64,000 bases of DNA, from the NCBI RefSeq assembly GCF_006345805.1, contig NC_043005.1, positions 77,376,001 to 77,440,000 on the forward strand, in the 5' to 3' direction. Position 1 is the stretch's first letter; every line of letters begins with the position of its first letter. Position numbers and translations under genes: made by a program. Under the pieces are notes generated by a model. That model did no database searches. It was not told the origin of the DNA and saw only the letters and a program-made list of their open reading frames with translations. Shown in pieces: positions 25,341-38,727 of the stretch. The DNA comes from Octopus sinensis (lineage: Eukaryota).

Positions 25341-25605
25341 CTTCTCACTTTCCCGAGCGTCAAGATAATACACCTGCTTGTGGTTTATACACCTGTCTTC
25401 GCCTTTTGTTTTTCTGTAAATTTCAACTATATATATATATATATATAAGAATAAGAACGTTATTTAAATATCGAATTATCAAGTGGCCAGCATGGGAATA
25501 AAAACCTTCAAAGGTAAACATTATTATAAAATTATAATGTGATTTTAGAGTCAAGTTTTGGCTGCTATTTCAAGCGTGGTGGTATCTTTTAGATACCTTA
25601 AATTA

Positions 25606-25693
<88 letters not shown>

Positions 25694-26353
25694 GAGAGAG
25701 AATCCGCGTTCATGAACCCAAAGCCAAATAGTTTTTTATCATTTACTTTTTATGTTCTCCCTTTCGTCCACTGTCCGATTCTTCTTGATGTTGACACAGG
25801 GCAAACACCTTTCAGGAGAGAGAAGATAAGCAATTGCATCTCATCTACCCCAACTACTAGACTGGTACTTAATTTATCGACCCCTGGAGTTTACCTAAAT
25901 GTATTTGAATTCATTGTGTAAAGATTCGGAAGAAATGCCGCTAAGTATTTCGCCCGACGCGCTACCGATTCTACTAGCTCCCGGTTTTAGTTCATTGTAT
26001 AATAAAAAATATCAGTTTTAAATTTCATATGCATGTGTATCCTTCTAAAGACATTGTGTTGTTACAAATGCCATAAGCACGACTTAATTATTGCTATGTA
26101 AGAAAACATTAGTGTAAGCAAATTTACAGTAATTGCTTAAATATTAGTTGACAGCCAAATCCCCATCAAATTCTAATGAAAACCGTGAAAAAATTATACA
26201 GTTATAGATGTAGACATGATTTTCTGATTAGAAACTGCACTACTTAATCATGCGGTTTCATGTTCAGTCTCAGTACGTAGTACCTCGGACAGAGCAATGC
26301 TTTATGAATGAATTTGGGAAACGGAAATTGGAAATCCGTCGAATACATATTCG

Positions 26354-26385
<32 letters not shown>

Positions 26386-26402
26386 AGTGTACATGTATGT
26401 GT

Positions 26403-26439
<37 letters not shown>

Positions 26440-26485
26440 ATCTAAAAACGAACACTTAATCCAGCGAGAAAAGTAATATATACAC

Positions 26486-26516
<31 letters not shown>

Positions 26517-26540
26517 ATATATATAATATATATATATATA

Positions 26541-26626
<86 letters not shown>

Positions 26627-27009
26627 CATACGCGTGCGTTTCTTCCTGTTTCCTGTTTCTGCGTTTGTCCTTTCACTGCTGAAAGGCGCTGATTGAATAC
26701 GTACCAAAGTTACAAAATAATACTCATATCGATTTGTTCGCGCGCTTCTAGGCGATGCCTCGGGATACTTTTAGCATAATGAGTGAAACAAAATATAAAA
26801 GATAATAAAAAATGTAAAATGAGAGAAAGAACGGGTGTGTAACACTTTGTAGAGTGTTGGATCGCTACACTGTTATATTTCATTTTAGGTATTTGACTAT
26901 GGCTGAGAATCTCAGGAAATACAGAATATATTATGTGAAATAACTGAATTGGGAATCAATCCAACGCCGCAAAACTCGGTTTCCTAAGAGCTATAACACA
27001 GATTAGAAA

Positions 27010-27455
27010 TTATAGTTCCAAATTTTGGCAGATCATCAATTTTGAGGGAAGGGGAGTTAATCGATTACACCATCCCGGGTTTTCGACTGCTATCTATTTT
27101 GTCAACCCTGAAAGCATGAAAAGCAAAGTTGACTTCGGTGAACTTCGAAACCTGAATATTAGCTGGAAGAGATGCTGTTAAACGTTTTCCCCATGCGTTA
27201 ACGATTCTACCAGCTCAATGCTTTCGTTTGTTGTATAGTCCTTTCGACTATAGGCACAAGGCCTGAATTTTTGCAGGAGGGGATAAGTCAGTTACATCGA
27301 CCTCAGTGCGTAACTGATATTTATCTCAACGACCCCGAAAGGATGAAAGGCAAAGTTGACCTTAGCGGAATTTGAACTCAGAACGTAAGGACGGACGAAA
27401 GGCCACTTAGAAGTTTTCCCGGCGTGCTAAATGTTCTGCAACCTCGCCGACTTTC
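27010..27455 (-). mobile_element. Two degenerate family B SINE copies
   Basis: gaaagcatgaaaagcaaagttgacttcgg and gaaaggatgaaaggcaaagttgaccttagcggaatttgaactcagaacg. Confidence 0.75.
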
Positions 27456-28416
27456 GTACGTTGTATAATGAAGATATTAGCATAAAGCCTAAATGCACAT
27501 GTAGCCTTCTTCAAGTATGTGTTGTCTCTAGTATCGTTCATACAATTTATTTATTTCTATTTAGAAAAACACAAGTCCATTTTAATTACAGTTAATTCAA
27601 CAATCAATTGATAGAATGAAATAGCTATGAAATACATTTTCAAATCCAAAGCAAAATAATACAGTTGAAAATAAAACCTGAGTAAGGAGAAGCCCTGTAA
27701 CGCTTTATAGATCTTTCGATCTTGACCAAGATACATGTCACTGTAGGTGCTTGACTGAGGTCGAAAACCTCATGCAACTCAGAATAAATTATACGAAATA
27801 GCTCAATTGGGAATCGACTCACTGCCGCAAAGGTCCGTTTGCCAATAGCTAGATCAAAAACAGTGATATTTCAAGAGAAAGGGAAAGTTATATGGTATAT
27901 TTCTTGATAAAAGCTATGATCTACATTTTTATAGATTTTTTATGAAAATCAAGAGATGAAGAAGTAAGAATTTTAATGAAGTTTTCCCTTTGGAACCATG
28001 CTAGGTCAGTGGGAGAAACGATCTCTTATTTAGTGAAAAGAAATTTTGGATAAGTGCCATTAAATTGTCTTTAGGGACGTAGAGTGCAGTAGCGTGTTTT
28101 GTAAAACTCTCCACAGATGTCAAAGTCAATTTTATTCTAGATGTTACCTTTATATCAGTTATATCTACACAATGGAATTATACACATGTTCCGTTCTGGA
28201 TTTTTTTTTATCTGTCCATGGAATTTTTTGCTTTTATTATTGTTGTGTATAAGTTGGAATAGTTTCATTTCAGAAAGAAATGATAAATACGATGATAAGA
28301 AATTTAGTATAGAATTGAATGAAACATAAAAATGAATCAACAGTATATTGGATTATACAGAGATATTCGCGCGCGCTGTGTGTGTATGAATATATGAATG
28401 TATGTATTATAGATAA

Positions 28417-28476
<60 letters not shown>

Positions 28477-29059
28477 GCGTATATACATCCATACACATAT
28501 ACATACACACACAACGCGCAAAATCTATATTTCGTGGTTGTCTGGTTAGCGATATATATCGATAAAATGATAAATGATAGCTCATACTCTTGGTTATTTC
28601 GTTATTGTTTTTATTTTAATTTCATTGAAAAGTCTGTTTCAACTTTTAGAAATGCTAGGTGATAAGCATGTTGCAATGCACGATGGCTATGTCTAAATAC
28701 AATGAAATATTGGGGCTTTTTTACTAGTTACAAATGCCTCGTATTCAAGAGGGAAATATAATGTGGACGGTCGATGTCTTCCCGCGCAGTAGGGTAGATA
28801 GGGGGAGGTCTGCCGTCCGCTCTAGCGTGACGATGTTTTGGAGCACGGCAATTTTGGGTCAGCCTCTAAAGGCTATTTTAAAATAAATGTGAGATCCGGA
28901 AACCAAAAAACAAAGGCTTCCCTAAGTAGTACACACTTTAACTACGACACTATTCTTAAGGCTATGAGCTATTTAAAACAAGTAATTCTTTTCAACAGAG
29001 GTCTGGCACTATCTTACCGCCTCGAATTACTGAGGGTTCTTTACTTCAAAATGCCCCAG

Positions 29060-29490
29060 AATATATGGCTTTAAATTTTGGCACAAGGACAACAAGCTGG
29101 GGTGGAGGGGATAAGTCGATTACATCGACCCCAGTGCTTAACTGGTAATTATTTTGCCGACAATGAAAGGATGAAAGGCAAAGTCGACCTCGGTGGAATT
29201 TGAACTCAGAACGTAAAGACGGACGAAAGTGCCGCTAAGCATTCTGTCAAGTGTGCTACAGATTCTGCCAGCTCGCCGCCTTTAACATACACCATAATGT
29301 TGCTTTCAAACTTTGGCACAAGCTCAGCAATTTGCATCTACCCTAGTGTCCAACTGGTACTTATTCAATCGTCCCCGAAAGGATGAAAGGCAAAATTGAC
29401 CTGGGCGGAATTTGAGCTCATAATATGAGTAGCAAGAAATACCGCAAAGCATATTGTCCAACACACGCACGATTTTGCCAGTTCGCTGCC
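29060..29490 (-). mobile_element. Two family B SINE copies
   Basis: Repeated aaggatgaaaggcaaa.t.gacct.gg.ggaatttga.ctca blocks. Confidence 0.8.
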
Positions 29491-30114
29491 TTATATTACA
29501 CGGAAATAATAAATGCGTGTGTGAAATAAGCGTCTGTGTTTGTGCGCGCGCGTGCGTATGTGTGTGTGTGTTACGAGTTGAAAAAAGGCACTCGTTGGAA
29601 TTCAATGAAAGCTAATTGGGTGATGTTAGAATTTCGTTTTAGCTTAGCAAAGGTTTTACCGTGTTTGTAATAGTACAAAATGTCGTTCCTTATTGAAGAA
29701 ACATGGGATATATATATATGATGATGATGATGATGATGATGATGACGAAAACCATGCTTAATATGGGAAAGACAACTCAGAAAAACTTTAACAAAGGTTG
29801 AATTATTTCAATGCCTAAAAGGAAGGGGGGAAATTTTGACGTTTTAGATGGTAGTCCTTCATCAGAATAATGATAGAGGCGAAAAATTAAAGGGAAGGGT
29901 AAAGAGCGGAAAGAGTAAAGACAGAGAAACGGAGAAATATGTAAGATAGTTGCTTGAGATTAGTTGTGCATGGATTACAGAAATAAATGATGTCCGCGTG
30001 AGCCTTAAAAATAAATTATAAAAAACATGCGTGCGTTTGTACCGTGTAACAAAGATTGCATTACTTTTGCTGTTTAAGCCTCTTCAATTTTGATCCAGTA
30101 GAATAGCAATCGTT

Positions 30115-30360
30115 GAGGCGCGTGGCTTAGTTGTTAGGGTGTCAGCATCATGATCGTAAGATTGTGGTTTCGATTTCTGAATCGGGCGACGCGTTGTGTT
30201 CTTGAGCAAAACACTTCATTTCATGTTGCTCCAGTCCACTCAGCTGGTAAAAATGAGTAACGCTGCGATGGACTGGCGTCCCGTCCAGCTTGGGAACACA
30301 TACGCCACGGAAACCGGGAAACCGGGCCCATGAACCTGGTTAGGCTTTAAAAGGGCGCAT
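30115..30360 (+). mobile_element. tRNA-headed SINE (family D) with a V-domain-like core
   Basis: gaggcgcgtggcttagttgttagg...gtttcgatttc...gctgcgatggactggcgtcccgtccag. Related copy at 56773-56985. Confidence 0.75.
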
Positions 30361-31272
30361 TTATATATTATTTTTAGAATAGCAATAAAGGACATTCCCT
30401 TCGTAATCACCACGTCTTATTTATTTACAGGCATGGAGCATTTAGGCCTACATTATTCAATATTATCTTCCTATATAAGATGGTAGAGTACAGCTTCCCT
30501 GTAGGTCGTGTGGTCATGCAGTGGGTCCTGCATTTGCTAATTCATTGGTGTGTATGTGTTCCTTTTATTTGTGTGTGGGTGTTGATATATGGAGAAATGT
30601 TAAACAATTCTAGACACATTGGCCGTATATTTTAACGGAAGATTTACGGAAAAAATAAAGCAGTAGATTTTTCGTTTAGACAGAAACAATTATCTCTATA
30701 TGTCAAACTACAAATAAAATTGGATTTATGTTTCTATTTTTTTATATATTTCCTTTCTCAGTTGTTTCTTTACTTTTTTAAATGCGGGATTTAATTCAAG
30801 TAAATGGGGGAGATTGAAATGAAACTTTATTAACTTCGGATATTCTGACCATTTTTAACATAACTATATATATATGTATATTTAAGTATTTTACTGCGGT
30901 AGTTTTGCGATATATTCACATTTGAAATGTTGCCACATTTCAAATAATTCTGAATCAAATCCGCTGCCAAGTCTGTACAACTTTATAAAAATATAGACAC
31001 GGGAAATCGAAGTCAAAAGATAGATACTAGCCAACTTCACTCATGGTGCCTTTTTTAATGAATGAAGTAGAATATTGTATGGTTGATTTTGTTTTATAGC
31101 AAAAGCACAGACTAATTATATACGGCCATAGTTACAACCATATATGTGTGAGCATGTGTGAGCATGTATGAGCGCATGCGCCTGTGTATGTGAATAGGAA
31201 TACACACACACATACATACATGGATACATACATACATACATGCATGCATACATACATACATACATACATACA

Positions 31273-31304
<32 letters not shown>

Positions 31305-31820
31305 CTTATACATGGTGCGATGGGTAAATTGTCGCCATTTTATATTTTTAATTTCGCGCATGCACGTTGTTTTTTAATGTGTTGACTACACAGTATAGTA
31401 GGGTCAGCTAGGTACCGTCTGTGAGAAGAACAGCACCATGATGCAATTCCTTCTGCCAGAAATATTTGCGAAGAGGTCGCAGTTATCTCAGCGAGCGAGA
31501 CTGGCTACCCTGAACTGACGACCAGCAATAGACTAAGAAACATATGTTTTCAGGTGCTTAGTCCCAGCTGGCGGGGGTGATTGCCTCCCCTTTGCAAATA
31601 TAAGGACATAGAAAATGTGTCAAAGCCGACAGTAGATGTCGATGCTTCCTAGGACTGAACGGCGGTGGTGTAATTCCCTTACGGGACTGTCATATAGAGT
31701 TGACAGCTTACGACCACTGTAATATAATTGTTCTTTTTGAATTGATAAAAGGTGTTTTATATATATATCAATGAGAAACAAGATGGAAAAAAATAGTACT
31801 CGAATGCCAGAGGTAGAGTA

Positions 31821-31951
31821 ATATGCTTTATTAAAAAGCAGCAAAAATATCACAAAACTATTACTCTAAGCAAAACTGTCCGACGAACGGGAACGCAAAA
31901 CTCTGAGTAACATTTTTTGTGATATTTTTACTGCGTTTTAATAAAGTATAT
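31821..31951. repeat. ~46-bp inverted repeat enclosing a degenerate hammerhead-like core (PLE fold-back type)
   Basis: atatgctttattaaaaagcagcaaaaatatcacaaaactattactc vs gagtaacattttttgtgatatttttactgcgttttaataaagtatat. Centre reads aaaactgt-ccgacga-acg(ggaa)cgc-aaaac-tctga-gta-acatttt. Confidence 0.75.
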
Positions 31952-32040
31952 ATATATATATGTTTATGTATGTATATATAAAGACAGACAGACAAACAGA
32001 CAAATATTGATATTTGGTTTTATGACGAACTGAGAAACGA

Positions 32041-32091
32041 AGTGATTTTTGATGAAGGCTAGCAGCCTGAAACTTCGAAGTCACAATCACT
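32041..32091 (+). ncRNA. Hammerhead ribozyme-like motif, slightly decayed
   Basis: agtgatt-tt-tgatga-aggct(agc)agcct-gaaa-c(ttcgaa)gtc-ac-aatcact: stem I 7 bp, stem II 5 bp, short stem III with a palindromic loop, GUC triplet. C3 of the core is missing or mutated. Confidence 0.65.
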
Positions 32092-32604
32092 ATTTACTTG
32101 GAAAATTACCATAAAATGTACTCTTCAGAAGTATTGATTAAACCTTTTGCTCAAGGTAAAATCGCCTAAATGTATGTGTGTGTATATGTGTTTGTATATA
32201 CGTATACAGACATACACACACATATATGTAGGTATACGTATGCATATCTCTATACATATATAAGTATATGTATGCATATACGCATATATGTCTATACAAA
32301 TAGAGTAAAAGAGGGAAAAAGAACGAGAGAGGGAGATCATGTCTGTATCCGTATGAATATTTTTATTCCATCAAAATAATATGGCAGCTTTTATATTTTT
32401 GTTTTCCTTCGTCTATTAATAATTCATTATTGACAATGGTTGAGAAGCAAACTTCTTACCACACCACGGCGCCAGCGCCTTGGCAGGATTGAATAACTTT
32501 TTCGTAATCACCGCAGAATATGAAAAACCTCCAAGTGATTTGAAGCAATGACTTGATTCCGATTATTGGCAAAATAATTTCACTTCATTTATGCTACTAA
32601 GATA

Positions 32605-33777
32605 CGACGTCTGTCCCAAGAAAGAAACCGGGCGTTTAAACTAAGACATCAACCATTCGACGCAGTGTGGGTGCAACTGAGGTTCAGTGAATGGGAGACT
32701 TTGATCTACTGACTAACAAAGTTTACATAATGCAATATGAAGTGAATGCACCATTGACGTCTCAAGTTCAGCAATAAAGGATTTGAAAAGCAATAGCTTT
32801 GGGAAAAATCCCTCACAAGCGTTTTGAAATCGGGATGAATATTCAACAAAGGCAAATCCAAATCTAGATGATTCCATGACAACGAACGAGGGTGATCCAT
32901 ACCATCGCCTAACTATGTGAATTTTCCGAAAAATAACTAGTTTGTGCTACGGGTTTTGAAAGGAATATTGAAGATGGATCATATTGTAACAGACTTTGTA
33001 ATACACGTGTTGATGGATGAGCAAAAACAAACCGAAGCCGTTGTCAAATATCTGAATACTGACGAAAGCTTTCTGAAAATGTCGTAATTGGTAACGAAAC
33101 GTAAGAGCATAGCTACGATGTCAAAGTAAAACAGCAGTCATTGCTGTGTTTGGTTCATTGTCACTGCCATTAAAATAGCTCGCCTGTCTCGCTCAAACGC
33201 GTTCATGTTGATCGTCAGTTTTAATTGTTATGTCATCATTCATCATGAGATTGTTCCGCTTGGTAAAACGATCAATATAATGCATTACTTTGATGTCTTG
33301 AAGCGTTTGAGAAAGAGAGAGAGAGGTGTGGAAGAGATAGACAAAAAGGAAGGGAGTGACAGAAAGAGAAAGAGCAAGAGAGCAGAGTAAGTGTTTTGGA
33401 GCTTGTTGAATCTGGTTGTTACACCACGACCATGGTCCCCTACTCACGTGCCTCTTCATGTCTGATTTTTTTTGACAATGCACGAGACGTCTCTCGTCCA
33501 TTTCGCCATTGTAGACTGCACAATTTTTTTTTTCGTGTTCCAAAAGCGAAAAATTGCCAATTTCAAACGATGAAGGACTTCGGAAAAAATTAGTAGCGGT
33601 AACTGCTCAATACATCTGAAGGATTCCTAGAACGCTTTCCAAAAGTGGAAACACTGTTGGAAGGGGTTTGTCGGTTGAATGGAAAAAGGCTATTATAAAA
33701 TGTGCAAATCAGCTAAAATTATCGTCCTAACAATAAATTTGTTTCTAAACGCTCGGTTTCTTTATGAACTGGTCTCA
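32605..33777 (+). mobile_element. Mariner transposon, decayed but near full length
   Basis: VVIGNET..SYDVKVKQQS, MLIVSFNCYVIIHHEIVPLGKTIN..HY..VLKRLR, WLLHHD and FQKWKHCW motifs. TIR cores aaagaaaccgggcgttt / aaacgctcggtttcttt; TA on the left. A (GA)n tract interrupts at ~33310-33390. Confidence 0.88.
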
Positions 33778-34099
33778 GGGAATTGAATGCACGACTTGAG
33801 ATCAGACTCCATCCAAGCCTTTCCCTTAAAGTATATGTAATTACAACGAGCAAAAACAAAAACAAAACACCGTTGTTATTTCACAGAAGCAGGATCTTGT
33901 AAATTTATTTAAGCATCTGTGAAACAAATTAAAATATTTTTTTCTGGTTCAAGAACTGGAATTTAGACATAGTGGGAGAGTTTTAGCATCGATCCTGAGA
34001 CTTAGGTTTATCTACTAATATATATTCCTATGATCTAGGAAGCATCAGATGAAAGTGGGCTAGGGTGAGTGGAATTTGAATCTAGAAGATAAAGGAATT

Positions 34100-34273
34100 T
34101 AATCATAGATACAGGTATGACTGTGTGATTAACAGGCTCACTTTCCATCCACGTGGTTTCAGGTCCAGTCCCACTGCGCGGCACCTTGAGCAAGTGACCT
34201 CTAATATAACTCCAGATCGACCAATTCTTTGGGAGTGAATTTGGCTGATGAAAATTGTGTGGAAACCTTTCGA

Positions 34274-34309
<36 letters not shown>

Positions 34310-34720
34310 TCTTTTACTCCTTTACACTTTTATATATATGAATATGTGTGTGCGCGTGTGTGTGCGTGTGCGTGCGTCTGTGTGTGAGTGCGTGTATGGG
34401 CATGTGTATGTGCGTATGTGTGTGTGCGTGTATGTGTATGTATGTGTGTGTGCGTGTGTATGTATGTGTGTGTATGGACGTATGTGTGTATGTGTGTGTA
34501 TGTACGTATGTGTGTATGCGTCTATGTGTCCATGATTGACATCCCCACCACCACTTCTTGACACTTTGTATTAGTTAGTTTACGTCTCTGGTTCGGCACG
34601 AGAAACCGATAGAAAATGCACCAAACTTCAACAAAATATATACTAAGGTCGATTGGTTCATCTAAAACCCTTCAAGGCGCTTCTCCAGCATGGTCGCACT
34701 CCAAAGGCTGAAACCAGTAA
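34100..34720 (+). mobile_element. Family A SINE with long central (TA)/(TG)n
   Basis: Head ggtttcaggtccagtcccactgcgcggcacc; tail ttctccagcatggtcgcact. Confidence 0.7.
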
Positions 34721-35173
34721 AAAAGAAATGTAAATAAGTAAAAAAACAAAAAAAAACGAATGAATAAAAACTGGATTCAAATGTCAGTGTGTCTGAGGTT
34801 AAGTAGAAAATAATGTTCCCGGAAGCGCACTTGTTATTGTTATTAGTATTTTTAAGGGGTCTTTTTGTGTTTGATTAGGTGTTTTTATATATATATTTTT
34901 TGGAACCCTGTTTATAATATTTGTTTCATTACATGATTTACAAAACAAAACAAAAAAAATCTTGTCGATCGTTAGAAACGATTTACTGCTTGGCTTCAAA
35001 ATATCTGCATACATGTGATTTAGCAAACCAGGGGGCCTGATAGCGAAATATGAAGCTGGGATGTATGCATACATATATACGAGTATACCTACACACATAC
35101 ACACTATATATGACCATACAAATCTCACAGAAACGCACTCACACTAAAATATGCATGCATGTATGCATGTATG

Positions 35174-35216
<43 letters not shown>

Positions 35217-35326
35217 GTATATACACACATATACATATGTATATGTATATATATGTATATATATATGTATGCATGTATGCATGCACATATATGTGCATAT
35301 ATATATATGTGTGTATGCATATATAC

Positions 35327-35368
<42 letters not shown>

Positions 35369-35394
35369 TGGGAGAGAAAGGTTTGCATGCTTTT

Positions 35395-35430
<36 letters not shown>

Positions 35431-35466
35431 ATGTACATGCAAGTATACGTATATATGTGTGTCTGT

Positions 35467-35502
<36 letters not shown>

Positions 35503-36397
35503 CATACACACGCATATATAAGGACATACACAGACATTCACACACACACACACTCACACACACACATACATACACACACTCACGCACACACACACATAAT
35601 CCCAGTCACACTCGTATATCGAACTAACAACGCTAATAAATGACAAAGACTGCCGCGTTTCGTGCTCACGTATTCATACACGTTCGTATTATTACTACGT
35701 TACTTCTGAAGATATATTCCTTTAGTTCCCACCGTTGCCATTGTGCTTAAAATATATAGCTATTTTCCTGTTCAATCAGCAATATAACGTCAGAGAAATA
35801 GTTTTAAACAGAGCAGAAAGTAAAATACAGTAAGATCGATTTGTCTGCTGCAGTCACTAACAGCTACTAGCGCCTTATTATTATCGATCAGAAAATCTTA
35901 CAGCAACAAATCGCCATCTTTGATTTTATTTTTCTTCATCTATTTCACTTCTTTTTCTATTTCTCTTTCCCTTTTCGTTATATCATTATTCTGTTATTGT
36001 TGTTTTGTTGTTGGTGTTGTTTCTTTTGTAGCTTATCTATTTATTTATGCTATTTATCTGCTTCGGGTCTTTGTTGTCTGTTCGTTTGTCTCTTTGCTTG
36101 TCTGTCTGTTTGTCTGTATGTCTCTGAATCTGTCTCTGCAGTCTATTTGATTATTCGACGAATCACTTTGCTTATTTGCATATAAATGTACTTTATCTGC
36201 ATATCTGCATGCATGTGCAATATGTATCCTGCTCACTCACATATGCGTACATGCACGCACACACGCACATACACCTACGCACGAAAACACACACGTACGC
36301 ATTATCACAAACGTAGATAAACACAAACTCTTTCTCTTACACACTTACAAATGAACACAAGCACAGACATACGTACACACACACACACACACATATA

Positions 36398-36461
<64 letters not shown>

Positions 36462-36469
36462 GCTATATA

Positions 36470-36579
36470 TATACTACATGGCACATTGGGCAAGGGTCTT
36501 CCACAATAGCCTCGGGCTGACCAAAGCTATGGAAATGGATTTGGTAAGGGGAAACTGAAAGAAGCCTGTCGTGTGTCTA

Positions 36580-36613
<34 letters not shown>

Positions 36614-36834
36614 GTTGTGTGTGTGTGTGTGTGTGTCGTTGTGTTTGTACCCCCCGCCCGCTAAGACTTGACAATCAGTGATGGTCTGCTTACGTCCGCA
36701 TAAGCTAGAGATTCGGCAGAAGATATCGATAGAATAAGTAACAGGCTTAAAATATAATTACTGGGTTTCATACATTTACCAAGGCGGTGCACCAGCATGG
36801 CCGCAGTCTAATGAGGGAAGCAAGTAACAAATAA

Positions 36835-36883
<49 letters not shown>

Positions 36884-37127
36884 TATATATATTCTTTTAT
36901 TCTTTTATTCTTTCACTTGTTTCAGTCATTTGACTGCGGCCATGCTGGAGCACCGCCCTTAAAATAATTTATTCGAATAAATCGACACAAGGAATTTTTC
37001 TTTTAAGACTAGTTGTTATTCTTTTGGTCTCTTTTGCCGAAACTCTAAGTTACGGTGGTATAAAAACACCAACACCGGTTTTCAAGGGATGTTGGGGACA
37101 AGCACAACACGCGGACATATATATATA

Positions 37128-37169
<42 letters not shown>

Positions 37170-37330
37170 GACGGGCATCTTTCGGTTTATATCTACTAAA
37201 TCCATTCACAAGGCTCTGATCGGCCCGAGGATATAAAGTAGAAGACACTTGCCCAAAGTGGCACGCAGTGGGACTGAACCCGGAACGATGTGGTTGGGAA
37301 GTATGCTTCTTGCCACGCGGCCATGCATAT
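36470..37330. mobile_element. Cluster of family A SINE halves/copies (36490-36830 on +, 36910-37325 on -)
   Basis: Family A blocks in both orientations, separated by microsatellites. Confidence 0.75.
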
Positions 37331-37333
37331 AAG

Positions 37334-37377
<44 letters not shown>

Positions 37378-37577
37378 CGTATACACCTATCTATCTATCT
37401 ATCTATCTATGTGTGTGTCTGTGTGTATGTATCTATGTATTTATGCATGCTTATGATTGTGGAAGTGTGGAAGTGTGCGTGTTTTTGTATCAGCATGTTT
37501 ACACAAACATGCGTACACGCAAACGCGCATGCCATCACCCAATTACATTCATACATACTTGTAGATACATACATACA

Positions 37578-37613
<36 letters not shown>

Positions 37614-38124
37614 TACATACATACATACATACATACATACATACATACATACATACATACATACATACACACATACACACACACGCCCTCTTATCAATAA
37701 ATAAACTAATGAGATTATCCGACTTACCAATCTGTAGGAATGGATTACTATGGATTACTATATAAAAACAACAACAACAACAACAACTTCTTACTTCAGC
37801 CATCTTGTTTTGTTCGAGAATAGATTTCCAATTGATCCTTTTCTTCCTTAATGAATGATAAATATTGACATCTTCAATGTTATTTTCTATAGAATACTTC
37901 TATAGCTGGAAGTTCTGCTAGATAATCTGTTTTGGCATCATATTGCGTTTCCAATATTTTATATCCTGCTTTCATCGTGACTAATACTTTTGGACTACAG
38001 CAGTTATACTTTAAAGAGTTCAAAAGAAAGCGCTTCAACATGGTCACTTGTCTTACTAGAAATAGCAGTTAAATTTGTTGTGGGTTATACCACAAGAATT
38101 TTAACAGACCCGACATTTGACATT

Positions 38125-38350
38125 TGTCATCGGGTAAAGTCAAGCTGGTCAACGAGGCCCTTGTCAAGGGATGCCATGCTCCCTCATTCTCTGCTAAAAT
38201 TGGTTGTTAGGTCTTTCCAGCAAAGTCGATGCATTATTTCCTGCAGCGAACAGATATGGCCCAGCCAACTGAAGAAACTGATCAAGAAGATTAGCACGGC
38301 AGCTGAAACCAAATGTAGGTGGTTATGGCCGGCAAGGCAATGGTCACGTA
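38125..38350 (+). mobile_element. HERO-like (REL endonuclease) non-LTR retrotransposon C-terminal remnant
   Basis: LVNEALVKGCHAPSFSAKIGC*VFPAKSM then, after a frameshift, KKLIKKISTAAETKCRWLW. Matches the recalled VEVGCRGF...AAE..S.WLW ending. Confidence 0.6.
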
Positions 38351-38399
38351 TAAAATACTTCTGATCAAGATTTATTTGGGCAGAACTGATCTGGGGTTA

Positions 38400-38620
38400 A
38401 ATAATCCTTTCTGTTAAAGCCACAAGACTTGAAATTTGGGGGGAGGGAACTAGTCTATCACATCGACTCCAGTGTTTCACTGGTACTTAATTCATCAACC
38501 CCGAAAGGATGAAAATCAAAGTCGACCTCGGTGGAATTTGAAAGCAGAACGTAGACGGACGAAATGCCGTCAGGCATTATTCCGGCATGATACCGATTCT
38601 GGCAGCTCGCTGCCTTAGCC
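38400..38620 (-). mobile_element. Family B SINE
   Basis: acatcgactccagtg...ccccgaaaggatgaaaatcaaagtcgacctcggtggaatttgaa...ctggcagctcgc. Confidence 0.8.
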
Positions 38621-38727
38621 TGGGGTTAAATAATAACAATACAAATATACATTAGAAACCACTTGTAGAATTTATTCATTATACAACGACCGGGAGACTA
38701 TTAAATAGCGTCGATACTTAAAATATA

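Noticed and set aside
28740-28900. Small GC-rich island as a promoter or exon
   Set aside because: No ORF, splice pattern or recognisable motif supports a call.
31380-31720. Unique-looking segment with short open frames
   Set aside because: All frames close within ~50 codons and nothing is recognisable.
37990-38364. 124-aa ORF as a host gene
   Set aside because: Composite of repeat-derived sequence and a frameshifted HERO-like LINE remnant.
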